Shown: positions 39,709 through 49,503, counted from the stretch's first letter. The stretch is DNA of 52,970 nt from Actinomycetota bacterium (GCA_013152275.1 JAADGS010000026.1:124001-176970); one strand, 5' to 3'. Made by a program: numbers and translations. Notes: a model not told the origin generated them from the letters alone.

Positions 39709-41645
39709 GACTACGAGGCGCGCTCACAGGTCTCCTCGCCTTTGTTCTGCTATTCGGGGGAGGGGTGGTTGCCGCCGCTCAGGCGGGTGGCTCGACGATC
39801 GAGATTTCGGACGTCACCATCACGAGGTACCCGCGAGTCCAGGCCGTCGTCGAACTCCGGAACCTCCGGACGGAACTGGATCCGGCCCAACTGTCCGTCA
39901 CCGAGAACGGGAGACCGGTTCAAGATCTCGAGGTTGAAACAATCGCCGAGTCCGTAGTCCCTGTGGGGATTGTTCTTGCGATCGACGGATCAGGGTCGAT
40001 GCAGGGCGAACCGATTGACGCCGCCAAGCAGGCGGCATTGTCGTTCATCGAGCAGAAACGGGATCAGGACTTCATAGCGCTTCTCGTGTTCGCAAGTGAT
40101 GTCCGGGTGCTCTCGGGGTTCACGAGTTCAAAGACGGCGTTGACCGGCAGAGTCGAGTCGATTCAGGCCGGCGGAGAGACCGCTTTCTACGATGCGGTGG
40201 TGCGGGGAGCGTCGCTGTTCACCGGAGATGCCGCTCGCCTCGAGCCGAATATGATCGTGCTGACCGACGGCGCCGACACCGTCAGCGAGGCCACTCTCGA
40301 CGACGCAATTGCAGCGACCCGATCGGTCCGCGTCTTTGGCGTTGCCCTCGAGTCACCCGAGTTCAATCCGACGGACATCGAAGCTATCGCCGATTCTTCG
40401 GGCGGCTTGTTCCTTTCGACGCCGGATCCGGCCGCGCTGACGAGCCTGTACGATCAGATCAAGCGCGAACTCGACAACAAGGTCGTGGTTCGCTTTACCG
40501 CGACGCAGGATCAGGCGGGCCCACTGGCCATCGGTGTTGGCTATCAGGGGATCGAAGCCTCGACGAGTGTGGACGTACCGGGGTTCATCAAGCAAACGTC
40601 GACAACCACTACGACGGTCCCGACCACTTTTGCCCAACCGGCGCCATTCGCACCATCCGTCCAATCCCCCCTTCCTCTTTCGACACTTGCATGGATCGGT
40701 CCGGGTGCCGTCGGGCTTGGGCTTGCGCTGTTCATCTTCATTCTTGCCGGGCCTCGAGAAGAGGACAGCGCTTCGGCGTTACGCAAGCGGCTGCGCTCCT
40801 ATGGCGCGTCCGACGGAACCGAGGAAGTCAAGAAGGGAGTGCTTGGACGGATCTTCGGTGTGTTCTCGCGAGGCGCCGAAGAAGCGGTGCGCCGCAGAGG
40901 TCTTCTCAACGGCGTCAACGCCGCACTCGAACAAGCGAATATCCCTTTGCGTGGCGGTGAGGCGATCGCGGCAGCGCTGGGTCTGAGTTTGCTGGCCGGC
41001 GCAATCGTCGGTGTCTTCAGCCGGAGCGCGCTCACGGGTGGCGGTGCGTTCTTCCTCTCGATCGTGACCGTTCTGCTGCTGATCCAGTTTGCGGGCGGGC
41101 GTGAAAAACGCACGTTCGAGAATCAGCTGCCCGACACACTGATTCTGTTGGCGACATCCCTTCGGGCGGGCTACTCGCTGCTGCAGGCCGTCGAGGCCGT
41201 GGCGAGTGAAGCTCAGCAACCGACGGCGCGCGAATTCGGCAGGGCAATGGCCGAATCGAGGCTGGGTCGTGGAGTCGTGGAGTCTATGCGGGGTATCGGA
41301 GAACGGATGCAATCGGAGGATTTCAGCTGGGCTGTCATGGCGATCGAAATCCAGCGTGAAGTGGGTGGCAACCTTGCCGAGGTGCTCCAGACGGTGGCCG
41401 ACACGATGCGCCAACGCAACCGGCTCCGCGGGGAGATCAAGGCACTGACCGCTGAAGGAAGAATCTCCGCGATTGTGCTGGGAGCTCTGCCGTTCGTCCT
41501 CTTTGCATTTCTGTTCGCCACGAACAGAAACTACCTGGATCCACTCCTGACAAGAGTCTCCGGCATCATCGCGATCGCCGTGGGCGTCGTGCTCATGGGC
41601 GTAGGCGTGTACTGGTTGAAGAAGATCGTGGACATCGAGGTGTAG
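39705..41645 (+). CDS. tadB: TadB (T2SS-F domain) fused to an N-terminal VWA domain
   Basis: Signal peptide, MIDAS DGSGS...T...LTDG, Thr/Pro linker, TMs, QLPDTL, REVGGNLAEVL, ALTAEGR. Confidence 0.92.
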   Translation: MRLRGALTGLLAFVLLFGGGVVAAAQAGGSTIEISDVTITRYPRVQAVVELRNLRTELDPAQLSVTENGRPVQDLEVETIAESVVPVGIVLAIDGSGSMQGEPIDAAKQAALSFIEQKRDQDFIALLVFASDVRVLSGFTSSKTALTGRVESIQAGGETAFYDAVVRGASLFTGDAARLEPNMIVLTDGADTVSEATLDDAIAATRSVRVFGVALESPEFNPTDIEAIADSSGGLFLSTPDPAALTSLYDQIKRELDNKVVVRFTATQDQAGPLAIGVGYQGIEASTSVDVPGFIKQTSTTTTTVPTTFAQPAPFAPSVQSPLPLSTLAWIGPGAVGLGLALFIFILAGPREEDSASALRKRLRSYGASDGTEEVKKGVLGRIFGVFSRGAEEAVRRRGLLNGVNAALEQANIPLRGGEAIAAALGLSLLAGAIVGVFSRSALTGGGAFFLSIVTVLLLIQFAGGREKRTFENQLPDTLILLATSLRAGYSLLQAVEAVASEAQQPTAREFGRAMAESRLGRGVVESMRGIGERMQSEDFSWAVMAIEIQREVGGNLAEVLQTVADTMRQRNRLRGEIKALTAEGRISAIVLGALPFVLFAFLFATNRNYLDPLLTRVSGIIAIAVGVVLMGVGVYWLKKIVDIEV

Positions 41646-42563
41646 ATGGACTGGAAACTCTTCTCCGCTCTCTCGATGTTCGCGGCCACCACGGGCGTTA
41701 TCACCTGGATCGGCTTTGGGATCATCAAGGCTCGCAAAGCGGCGACCGAACGTCTTGCTGCGTACGGGTCGGCCGAATTCATGCGCGAAGAGACACTGAA
41801 GAAGACATTCGCCGAGCGTGCGGTAGCTCCCGTGTTCATGAAACTTGGCAAGTGGTTTGCTCGATTTACACCTGTGGGATGGATGGAGAAGACACAGCAT
41901 CGTATCGTGCTCGCAGGCAGTCCAGGCAACTTGGACGCGAATGGGTGGGCGGTCATCAAAGTCATCTCCGTCACGATCGCTGCCGTGCTGTTCTTTCTGG
42001 TGAGACCCGGAATGAACGCCCGAACGACACTGATTGCCTTTGCCCTGCTTGGCATCCTGGGCTTCTTTGGACCGGATGTCCGCCTCACACGCATGATCGA
42101 CGATCGACGCAAGGCCATGCAGAAGGCCCTCCCCGATGTCCTCGATCTGCTGGTGATCAGTGTCGAGGCGGGTCTTGGCTTCGACTCGGCTCTTGCACGA
42201 GTTGTCGGAACGGTCCCCGGTCCGCTCTCCGAGGAGTTCTTCCGCATGCTGCAAGAGACTCGCGTCGGAGTGAGTCGCAGAGAGGCGATGCGGCACCTGG
42301 CGGGGCGGACGGACGTCGATGAACTGCGGTCCTTCCTTCTCGCCATGATGCAGGCGGAAGCGTTCGGTGTCTCTATCGCACAAGTGCTTCGCGTGCAGGC
42401 CGAGGAGATGCGCGTCAAACGCCGGCAGCGTGTGCAGGAGAAGGCGTTCGCCGCTCCCGTGAAAATGGTCTTTCCGCTGGTGTTCTGTATCTTCCCGGCG
42501 CTGTTCATCGTGTTGCTCGGACCCGCGGCGATCTCGATCTACGAGACATTCACGGGACTGTAA
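41646..42563 (+). CDS. tadC: TadC (T2SS-F domain)
   Basis: LPDVLDLLVISVEAGLGFDSAL, PVKMVFPLVFCIFP. Confidence 0.95.
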   Translation: MDWKLFSALSMFAATTGVITWIGFGIIKARKAATERLAAYGSAEFMREETLKKTFAERAVAPVFMKLGKWFARFTPVGWMEKTQHRIVLAGSPGNLDANGWAVIKVISVTIAAVLFFLVRPGMNARTTLIAFALLGILGFFGPDVRLTRMIDDRRKAMQKALPDVLDLLVISVEAGLGFDSALARVVGTVPGPLSEEFFRMLQETRVGVSRREAMRHLAGRTDVDELRSFLLAMMQAEAFGVSIAQVLRVQAEEMRVKRRQRVQEKAFAAPVKMVFPLVFCIFPALFIVLLGPAAISIYETFTGL

Positions 42564-43933
42564 TGACCGTGATGGCGGTCCCGTGGTGGAGGCGGCTGAC
42601 CCCCATACACCTTATCCTGCTCGTTCCTTGGGTGGGACTGGTGATCGGCGCGGCCTCGCCAATCCGAGACAATTCCTTCCTGTGGCATGTTCGCGCCGGG
42701 ACTCTGCAACTCGATGTGGGACATGTGCTGCGGACCGACCCATTCTCGTTCACGCTGCACGGTGCCCCATGGAGAACCCAGTCATGGCTGGTCGAACTCG
42801 GCTACGGACTGCTGGAACGTTGGACGCACGGGCTGGGATGGGTTCCGGTGATGCTGGTTGTCGTGGGAGCGTTGACATTCCTCCTTGTCGGACTGTCGGT
42901 GTACCGCCGATCAAGGAGTCTTCTTGTCACAGGCATCGTCATGGTGTTGTTCACGTGGCTGGGGCTGGCGTATCAGGTCCCGAGACCTGTGCTGATGTCG
43001 TTTCTGTTTTTGGCCTTACTGGTCGTAATGATGGATCACGGCATCATGTGGGCGGTGCCACTGGTGCTCTGGGCATGGGCTTCGGTACATGGTTCCTGGG
43101 TGCTTGGCCTCGGGTATGTCACACTCGATGCGCTCGCGTATCGGCGATCGTGGAGACCGGTCATGAGGACTTTGGCTGCCTCATTGATCACGGTGAGCAT
43201 TACGGCCCATGGACTTGGAGTGTGGGAGATCCTTGGCGCCTTCTTGCGGAATCGGGATGCGCTCCGGCTCATTACGGAATGGGCGGTGCCGGACATCCTT
43301 TCCGTACCCAACCTTCCCTATGCCCTCGTAATCGTCGCTCTGTTGGTGGCTGCGGCGAAAGGAGCAATCGACACCAGGAGACTCTGGCTCATCGTGCCGT
43401 TCCTTCTCTTCGGCCTGACGTCCGAGAGAAGCCTGTTTCCTGCTGCGATCGTGCTTGTGCCGTGGACGGTGTTGGCTCTGTCGGCACACAAGGACCTGGT
43501 TCGTCTATCGCCGCGCCGGCCAGAGGCCATCGTCAACGCTCTGATCGCCATCTTGATCGTGGTGACGCCGTTGGCGGCCTATATCGGTGTGCGGCCAGGG
43601 ATCGACCCGACTGGGTTCCCGGTCCAGGCGGCGCGCCACCTCACCGAGGGCCGAGTGTGGAGCGACGACCGAACGGGCGGATTCCTGATCTATGCCTATG
43701 GGCCGGAACGGGAGGTGTTCATCGATGATCGAGCCGAACTGTACGGAGTCGACTTCATGAGAGAGCTCGTGCAGACCCGTGACGGAGATCCCATTTGGAG
43801 GAACGTGTTTCAGCAGCAGAACATCCAGCAAGCACTCGTGCACCGCGACTCGGGGATCGGGCGTGCGCTCGACGCTGCGGGTTGGTACAGGGCCTTCGAA
43901 GATGACACGTGGGCACTCTGGACGAAGCCATGA
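42563..43933 (+). CDS. Polytopic membrane protein, putative GT-C-fold glycosyltransferase
   Basis: DNSFLWHVRAG/TDPFSFT loop after TM1, many TM helices, soluble C-terminal domain with GGFLIY and FIDDRAELYG; TAATG coupling to tadC. Confidence 0.6.
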   Translation: MTVMAVPWWRRLTPIHLILLVPWVGLVIGAASPIRDNSFLWHVRAGTLQLDVGHVLRTDPFSFTLHGAPWRTQSWLVELGYGLLERWTHGLGWVPVMLVVVGALTFLLVGLSVYRRSRSLLVTGIVMVLFTWLGLAYQVPRPVLMSFLFLALLVVMMDHGIMWAVPLVLWAWASVHGSWVLGLGYVTLDALAYRRSWRPVMRTLAASLITVSITAHGLGVWEILGAFLRNRDALRLITEWAVPDILSVPNLPYALVIVALLVAAAKGAIDTRRLWLIVPFLLFGLTSERSLFPAAIVLVPWTVLALSAHKDLVRLSPRRPEAIVNALIAILIVVTPLAAYIGVRPGIDPTGFPVQAARHLTEGRVWSDDRTGGFLIYAYGPEREVFIDDRAELYGVDFMRELVQTRDGDPIWRNVFQQQNIQQALVHRDSGIGRALDAAGWYRAFEDDTWALWTKP

Positions 43934-43988
43934 AGGAAGCCCACACGGCGCCGACAGTCGAAAGGAGATCCTCGACGCGTCGCGGCCT

Positions 43989-44144
43989 CTAGGAGAGCGA
44001 GCTGGCGATGTTGCTCCACATCTGTGAGTTCTGCGCTCCTGTGAATCTCACGGCGATCAGTGCTACGACCGCAATGAGGATGACGAGGAGTCCCCACTCG
44101 ATGAGGCCGGCTCCTCTGTCACTTTGTGGGTTCCAGCGCATCAT
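43989..44144 (-). CDS. flp: Second Flp-family pilin (51 aa, not in ORF track)
   Basis: MMRWNPQSDRG-AGLIEWGLLVILIAVVALIAVRFTGAQNSQMWSNIASSLS; GGAG RBS. Confidence 0.85.
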   Translation of the reverse strand: MMRWNPQSDRGAGLIEWGLLVILIAVVALIAVRFTGAQNSQMWSNIASSLS

Positions 44145-44254
44145 CTACTCCGGTATGTGTATCGGGATAAAAACGCTATCACGCAGAGTGGCTATGGGCC
44201 ATAGGCCTGGGGTCTCAATTCGGGAAGAATGCACGCAGGAGTTCACGTGTAGGG

Positions 44255-44308
44255 AGACAAGGCGAAGCCGGGGCCCCAGGTGCGACCCCGACTCGTATTC
44301 ACCTGTCT
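44255..44308 (-). terminator. Stem-loop directly after the first flp gene
   Basis: Minus strand agacaggtgaa..gagtcgggg / ccccggctt..cgccttgtct; no poly-U tail. Confidence 0.5.
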
Positions 44309-44312
44309 TTGG

Positions 44313-44495
44313 CTAGCTGAGTGCGCTGCCGATGTCGCTGAATGTCTTGGAGACCTGCCCCCCGGCGAACTTGACGGCAACCAAGGCGACGATGGCGATC
44401 AGCACTACCAGGAGTGCATACTCGACCATGCTCGCGCCCCGGTCATCCCTGAGTGTTGCCCATTGCTTCTGGGCCGCGATCCACAGTGTCAACAT
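44313..44495 (-). CDS. flp: Flp-family type IVb pilin
   Basis: DDRG-ASMVEYALLVVLIAIV Flp motif; AGGAGG RBS. Confidence 0.94.
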   Translation of the reverse strand: MLTLWIAAQKQWATLRDDRGASMVEYALLVVLIAIVALVAVKFAGGQVSKTFSDIGSALS

Positions 44496-44558
44496 TGGTA
44501 TTCCCTCCTAAGGGGTGCTGCCAGGGGCTACGATAGCACAGAGGGTGGTGGAAGCTCT

Positions 44559-44576
44559 ATGGGTCGGCCGACCTAT
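44559..44576. promoter_or_regulatory. Palindromic operator candidate upstream of flp
   Basis: ATGGGTCGGCCGACCTAT, near-perfect dyad about 25 nt upstream of a TG-TATCGT -10 on the minus strand. Confidence 0.5.
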
Positions 44577-44581
44577 TCGAG

Positions 44582-45214
44582 CTACCATCGAGGGGCGATA
44601 CCGAGGCGGATGGCTTCGACCGCCGCTTGGGCACGATCGCTGACATCGAGTTTTGCGAAGATCGAAGCGAGGTGATTCTTCACTGTTTTCTTAGAGATAA
44701 ACAGGCGATTTGCCAACTCCTCCGTTGCTGTGACACCACGCCCCAGTAGGGCAAGGATCTCACGTTCGCGGCTGGTCAGTAACCTGGCTCCCGGATCGAG
44801 CACGGGCTCCTGGAACGGCTCCAGAAGGTCACGGAGAGTGGTCGTCATGGCGAACCGTTCTCCTGACGCAGCGGCCCTGATAGCTGCGGCGAGTTGTGGC
44901 AACGGCGTCGATTTCGACAGGAAACCTGCCGCGCCGGCCTCGGCAGCGCGTGCCCGCTGCTCGGCATCGGCGTGCATGGTCACAACAATCGAGGGGACAC
45001 GGGAGGCAATGGTCTCCAAGACCTGGATTCCATCGACGATCGGCATTTCCAGGTCGACGATCGCAATGTCGGTCCGCTGTCGGTTGAGCATGGCGATCAG
45101 CTGGGCGCCATCGTAGGCGACTCCCACCACATTGATGTCAGGAAGACCTCCGAGAGCTTCGGCGAGTCCGTCTGCGAAGAGCCGATGATCATCTGCGATG
45201 GCAACGTTGATCAT
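44582..45214 (-). CDS. NarL/LuxR-family response regulator
   Basis: IADDH, IVDLEMP, GFLSKS, LTSREREIL, TVKNHLASIFAKL. Confidence 0.96.
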   Translation of the reverse strand: MINVAIADDHRLFADGLAEALGGLPDINVVGVAYDGAQLIAMLNRQRTDIAIVDLEMPIVDGIQVLETIASRVPSIVVTMHADAEQRARAAEAGAAGFLSKSTPLPQLAAAIRAAASGERFAMTTTLRDLLEPFQEPVLDPGARLLTSREREILALLGRGVTATEELANRLFISKKTVKNHLASIFAKLDVSDRAQAAVEAIRLGIAPRW

Positions 45215-46713
45215 TCAGGGCCCCAGGCAATTGTGACCGTCGTCCCGCGGTGGGTGCTCGAAATGTTCAACGAGGCACCCATCCGCTCCGCTCGCTCTTC
45301 CATTCCGACGAGGCCGAACCTTCCGTCGGACACCTTGCTGCGATCGAATCCGGTTCCATCGTCGAACACGGTAATGCGGCCCTCATCGAAATCTGAGGTG
45401 CCGTGGACGATGATCGCAGTGGCGTGTGAATGCGCTATCGCGTTCCGAAGAGCCTCGACGACGATGGCGGCGATGTCCGGTGCGAGTGACGGTCGTGGTG
45501 GTCTGAGTTCTTCGAGGCGGATATCGACCTTGGGAGAGTTTTCCGGTAGATCTCCTGCGATGCGACGGAGAACCTCACTGATGCTCGGCTGTGGGGACAT
45601 GCGGAGGTCTGCCACAGTCGACCGGACATCCTCGACGAGGCCGGTCACCGACGAGCGCAATACCTGCAAATGCTGAGCAAGGTCGGGATCCGCCGGGTGT
45701 CGAAGGAGGGCGAGATCCACGGCGAGTCCGAGCGAAGCGAGGGACGGTCCGATCTCGTCGTGCAGGTCTCTGGCAAGGCGTTGGCGTTCTTCACGGACCG
45801 CCCGCTGAGCGATGTCCTGCAGGAGCAGGATGTTCCCGAAGGCGAGCGCGACCGGCTGTAGGAGGTCATGGGCAACGGTCCAGTCGTTTCTCGTCAGCTC
45901 GTCCTGGGATGTGATCGCTGCGAATCCGACGCTGTGTTCACCAACCGAGAGAGGGATGACTGTCCGTATCGACCCAGGTGATTCCGCGCCGGCACGCGCC
46001 ACGACGACGGGTCCGTCGTTCCCTGCGAGGGCGATGACCCCTCCGTCCATGGAGATGGAATCCGCAAGTTCTTCGAGAGCAGAGATGCCGACTGTGACGG
46101 GATTGAGCTCTCTGCTGTCGGCTTCTTCTACGAAGCGTGCGAGGAGCGAGTTGGCACGGCTCAGTCGTTCGATGCGAGCTGTCGCCTCTGCCGAAGCTCG
46201 CGTGAGCTGCATCTCACGGGTTCTCGATTCCAGGAGGACGCGTCTCGCCTGAGCGGAAGTGATCGCGACAAGGAGGATGAGGGCGACCCATTGGAGGACA
46301 GCCGAGACGTCGAAGGTGTCGGTCGCGAATGTGACGATCGTGAGCGCAGCGATGCCGAGTGTCGAGGCCGCAAGTCCGGGTCTCAAGCCACCAAGGGTTG
46401 CAGCGACGAGGACAGGACTCAGTGAGAGAAGGAGGTAGGGGCTGGCGGCGCCGCCGGTGAGAGCCGAGGCACTCATGGTCAACAGGATGCCGGCAGTCGT
46501 CAGGAGGTCTTGCAGCCACTGTCGCGACAGATAGGAGATCGGGATCGTCTGCAGACCGACGACATACGTGCCTCCGAGCACTGCGGCCACGACCACCGGT
46601 GTGGTCGCACCCTGGTCGAAAAACGAAAGGAAGACACCGAGCACAAGGGTCAGCCATGAGAGAAGGATGAATACCCGTCGGAGCCTGAGTTCGCGTCGAT
46701 CCTGATTGAGCAC
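45211..46713 (-). CDS. HisKA_3 (NarX-type) membrane sensor kinase
   Basis: About 6 N-terminal TM, GAF-like linker, ERQRLARDLHDEIG, EALRNAIAHS, DDGTGF, GLVGMEERA. Confidence 0.94.
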   Translation of the reverse strand: MLNQDRRELRLRRVFILLSWLTLVLGVFLSFFDQGATTPVVVAAVLGGTYVVGLQTIPISYLSRQWLQDLLTTAGILLTMSASALTGGAASPYLLLSLSPVLVAATLGGLRPGLAASTLGIAALTIVTFATDTFDVSAVLQWVALILLVAITSAQARRVLLESRTREMQLTRASAEATARIERLSRANSLLARFVEEADSRELNPVTVGISALEELADSISMDGGVIALAGNDGPVVVARAGAESPGSIRTVIPLSVGEHSVGFAAITSQDELTRNDWTVAHDLLQPVALAFGNILLLQDIAQRAVREERQRLARDLHDEIGPSLASLGLAVDLALLRHPADPDLAQHLQVLRSSVTGLVEDVRSTVADLRMSPQPSISEVLRRIAGDLPENSPKVDIRLEELRPPRPSLAPDIAAIVVEALRNAIAHSHATAIIVHGTSDFDEGRITVFDDGTGFDRSKVSDGRFGLVGMEERAERMGASLNISSTHRGTTVTIAWGPE

Positions 46714-46737
46714 ACCTTCAGGCTACAGTCGACTTCG

Positions 46738-47313
46738 ATGGATCGGAAGCAGGTGCTGTTGGCTGGAGGAATCGGATCCGGCAAGACGGAGGTCGGCAGG
46801 ATGCTGCAACGGCGAGGCTGCTGCATCATCGACGCCGACCAGGTCGGACACAAGGTGCTTGAACCAGGAGGTGAGGCGTTCGATCAGGTCGTTGCCGCGT
46901 TTCCCGACGTGCTCGTCGACGGTGCGATCGATCGGGGCCTGCTCGCCGCGGAAGTGTTCGCGGATCCGCGGAGACTTCGACTACTGGAGTCGTTGACCCA
47001 TCCCGCCATTCGTGACCGGATTCACCGGAGTGTCGAGGAGTCCGGTAGCCGCATCGTCGTTGTTGAGGTGCCATTGATTTCCGACTTTCTCGGTGATGGC
47101 TGGATGAGAGTCGTGGTCGATGCACCGCCAGAGCGCAGGCTGTACCGTCTTCACGTGCGGGGCATGGATCCAGAGGATGCGCGTCGAAGGATGGACGCGC
47201 AGCCATCGCGTGGCGAGTGGAGGGATGCTGCCGATTTCGTCGTCGACAACAGCGGCGATCTGAAAGATCTCGAACGCGAAGTCGAACGTCTGTGGTCCTG
47301 GCTCAGCGATTAG
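46738..47313 (+). CDS. coaE: Dephospho-CoA kinase
   Basis: GGIGSGKT, IDAD, LESLTHPAI, ARRRMDAQ, VVDNSG. Confidence 0.95.
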   Translation: MDRKQVLLAGGIGSGKTEVGRMLQRRGCCIIDADQVGHKVLEPGGEAFDQVVAAFPDVLVDGAIDRGLLAAEVFADPRRLRLLESLTHPAIRDRIHRSVEESGSRIVVVEVPLISDFLGDGWMRVVVDAPPERRLYRLHVRGMDPEDARRRMDAQPSRGEWRDAADFVVDNSGDLKDLEREVERLWSWLSD

Positions 47314-47493
47314 TGCCCTGACCGGCATGGGCGTATCCATGTCGAGTCGAAGGCCTCGATCGCCAGGGAAGCAGGAGGAAAGCATGCTCGGGTGCTCCGT
47401 TGAGGATGAGGGCACCGCAAGCGAGGTTCCTGGCCGGCACAACGCCGCATAAGTAGGTCGTGGAGACACGAAGGCCACGTACACTGGCGGGCG

Positions 47494-49503
47494 ATGCCAT
47501 CCTTGCGAGTGCACTCCGACTTCCAGCCGTCCGGTGATCAACCCAAGGCGATTGCCGCGTTGGCCGAGGGGATCAACGCCGGCGAGCGGTTCCAGACGCT
47601 GCTGGGCATCACCGGATCGGGCAAGTCCGCGACGATCGCCTGGACGATCGAGCAAGTGCAGAAGCCGACCCTGATCCTGGCGCCGAACAAGGCGCTCGCG
47701 GCGCAACTCGCCAACGAATTCCGCCAGTTCTTCCCCGAGAATCGAGTCGAGTACTTCGTCAGCTACTACGACTACTACCAGCCCGAGGCGTACATCCCTC
47801 AGACGGACACCTACATCGAAAAGGACTCCTCGGTCAACGACGAGATCGACCGTCTACGACACGCCGCGACGAGTGCGCTGCTGTTCCGCGACGACGTCAT
47901 CGTTGTGGCTTCCGTATCCGCCATCTACGGACTGGGCACACCGGAGGAGTACTCGGGCCGGGTGCTGCGCCTCATCAAGGGAGTCGAGTACCCGATGCGT
48001 GAGGCAATGCGGAGGCTGGTCGACATTCAGTACGAACGAAACGAGGTGAGCCTTGTGCGCGGCCGGTTTCGCGTCAAGGGCGACACCCTCGAGGTGTTTC
48101 CCGCCTACGAGGAGACGGTGGCCAGGGTCGAGTTCTGGGGAGATGAGGTGGAACGGATTCTCCGCATGAACCCGGTTACAGGAGAGGTGCTCGGCGAACT
48201 CGATGAGCTGTGGGTATATCCGGCGTCGCACTATGTCGCATCGGAAGAACGGATGCAGCGTGCCATCGCCGCCATCGAGATCGAACTGGGCGAACGCCTC
48301 GCCGAGTTGGAGGCCTCTGGCAAGTTGCTGGAGGCCCAGCGGCTGCGCATGCGAACGTCCTACGACTTGGAGATGATGCGCGAGGTCGGGTTTTGTTCGG
48401 GGATCGAGAACTACAGCCGCCACATCGATGGTCGAGAAGAGGGCGAAGCCCCATTCACGCTGCTCGACTACTTCCCGGACGGATTCCTCACCGTCCTCGA
48501 CGAGAGCCATGTGACCGTGCCACAGATTCGCGGCCAGTACGCAGGGGACAGGAGCCGTAAGGACGTTCTGGTCGAACACGGATTCCGACTGCCTTCCGCG
48601 AGAGACAACCGTCCGCTGCGTTTCGATGAGTGGTTGGAGAGGGCAGGTCAGGTGGTCTTCATGTCGGCGACACCGGGGCCGTTCGAGTTGGAGCATTCAG
48701 GGCGGGTTGTCGAGCAGATCGTGCGTCCCACCGGCCTGGTTGATCCTGAGGTGATCGTGCGTCCGACAAAAGGCCAGATCGACGATCTGATGCATGAGAT
48801 TCGGCAGCGGGCTGCGAACGATCAGCGGGTGCTTGTGACGACGCTCACAAAGAAGATGTCGGAGGATCTTACGGACTATCTGTTGGAGATGGGGGTTCGT
48901 GCCCGGTACCTGCACTCGGAGATCGACACCCTCGAACGGGTGCAGATCCTTCGAGAGCTGCGCCTTGGCGAGTTCGACGTGCTGGTGGGCATCAACCTAC
49001 TGAGGGAAGGTCTCGACCTGCCCGAGGTCTCGCTCGTTGCCATTCTGGACGCCGACAAGGAGGGGTTCTTGCGGTCGGAGACAAGTCTGATCCAGACGAC
49101 CGGGAGGGCGGCTCGCAATGTGGACGGTCAGGTGATCATGTACGCAGACCAGGTGACGAAATCGATGGAGAGGGCGATCGGAGAGACGAACCGGCGGCGC
49201 AAGCTGCAGGTCAAGTACAACGAAGAGCATGGCATCGATCCGCAGACGATTCGCAAGAAGGTCAGCGATATCCTCGAGTTGGTGCAGTCGCACGATGTCG
49301 CAGTGCAGCGGCGAAAGACGGAGGTGCAGTCACGCCGGCCGCTGGATCTCGACACCGACGACCTTCAACGGTTGATTCAGAGCCTGGAGGAGGAGATGCA
49401 TGAGGCAGCGAAGGATCTCCGCTTCGAATACGCGGCTCGCCTTCGCGATGAGATCGAGGAGCTGAAACGAGAGCTACGCGACATCGCGGAGGCTTGTTCT
49501 TGA
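47494..49503 (+). CDS. uvrB: Excinuclease ABC subunit B
   Basis: [40 protein letters not shown]-terminal UVR domain. Confidence 0.99.
   Translation: MPSLRVHSDFQPSGDQPKAIAALAEGINAGERFQTLLGITGSGKSATIAWTIEQVQKPTLILAPNKALAAQLANEFRQFFPENRVEYFVSYYDYYQPEAYIPQTDTYIEKDSSVNDEIDRLRHAATSALLFRDDVIVVASVSAIYGLGTPEEYSGRVLRLIKGVEYPMREAMRRLVDIQYERNEVSLVRGRFRVKGDTLEVFPAYEETVARVEFWGDEVERILRMNPVTGEVLGELDELWVYPASHYVASEERMQRAIAAIEIELGERLAELEASGKLLEAQRLRMRTSYDLEMMREVGFCSGIENYSRHIDGREEGEAPFTLLDYFPDGFLTVLDESHVTVPQIRGQYAGDRSRKDVLVEHGFRLPSARDNRPLRFDEWLERAGQVVFMSATPGPFELEHSGRVVEQIVRPTGLVDPEVIVRPTKGQIDDLMHEIRQRAANDQRVLVTTLTKKMSEDLTDYLLEMGVRARYLHSEIDTLERVQILRELRLGEFDVLVGINLLREGLDLPEVSLVAILDADKEGFLRSETSLIQTTGRAARNVDGQVIMYADQVTKSMERAIGETNRRRKLQVKYNEEHGIDPQTIRKKVSDILELVQSHDVAVQRRKTEVQSRRPLDLDTDDLQRLIQSLEEEMHEAAKDLRFEYAARLRDEIEELKRELRDIAEACS

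Noticed and set aside
40779..42383. Long antisense ORFs (this 534-aa one, also 1532-2551, 10853-12070, 24604-25947, 34345-35478, 38506-39624)
   Set aside because: Shadows of well-supported genes on the opposite strand in high-GC DNA; no recognisable motifs
47314..47470. MITE between coaE and uvrB
   Set aside because: Terminal similarity (gtgccctgacc versus ggtcgtggagacac) is too weak and there is no second copy in the window
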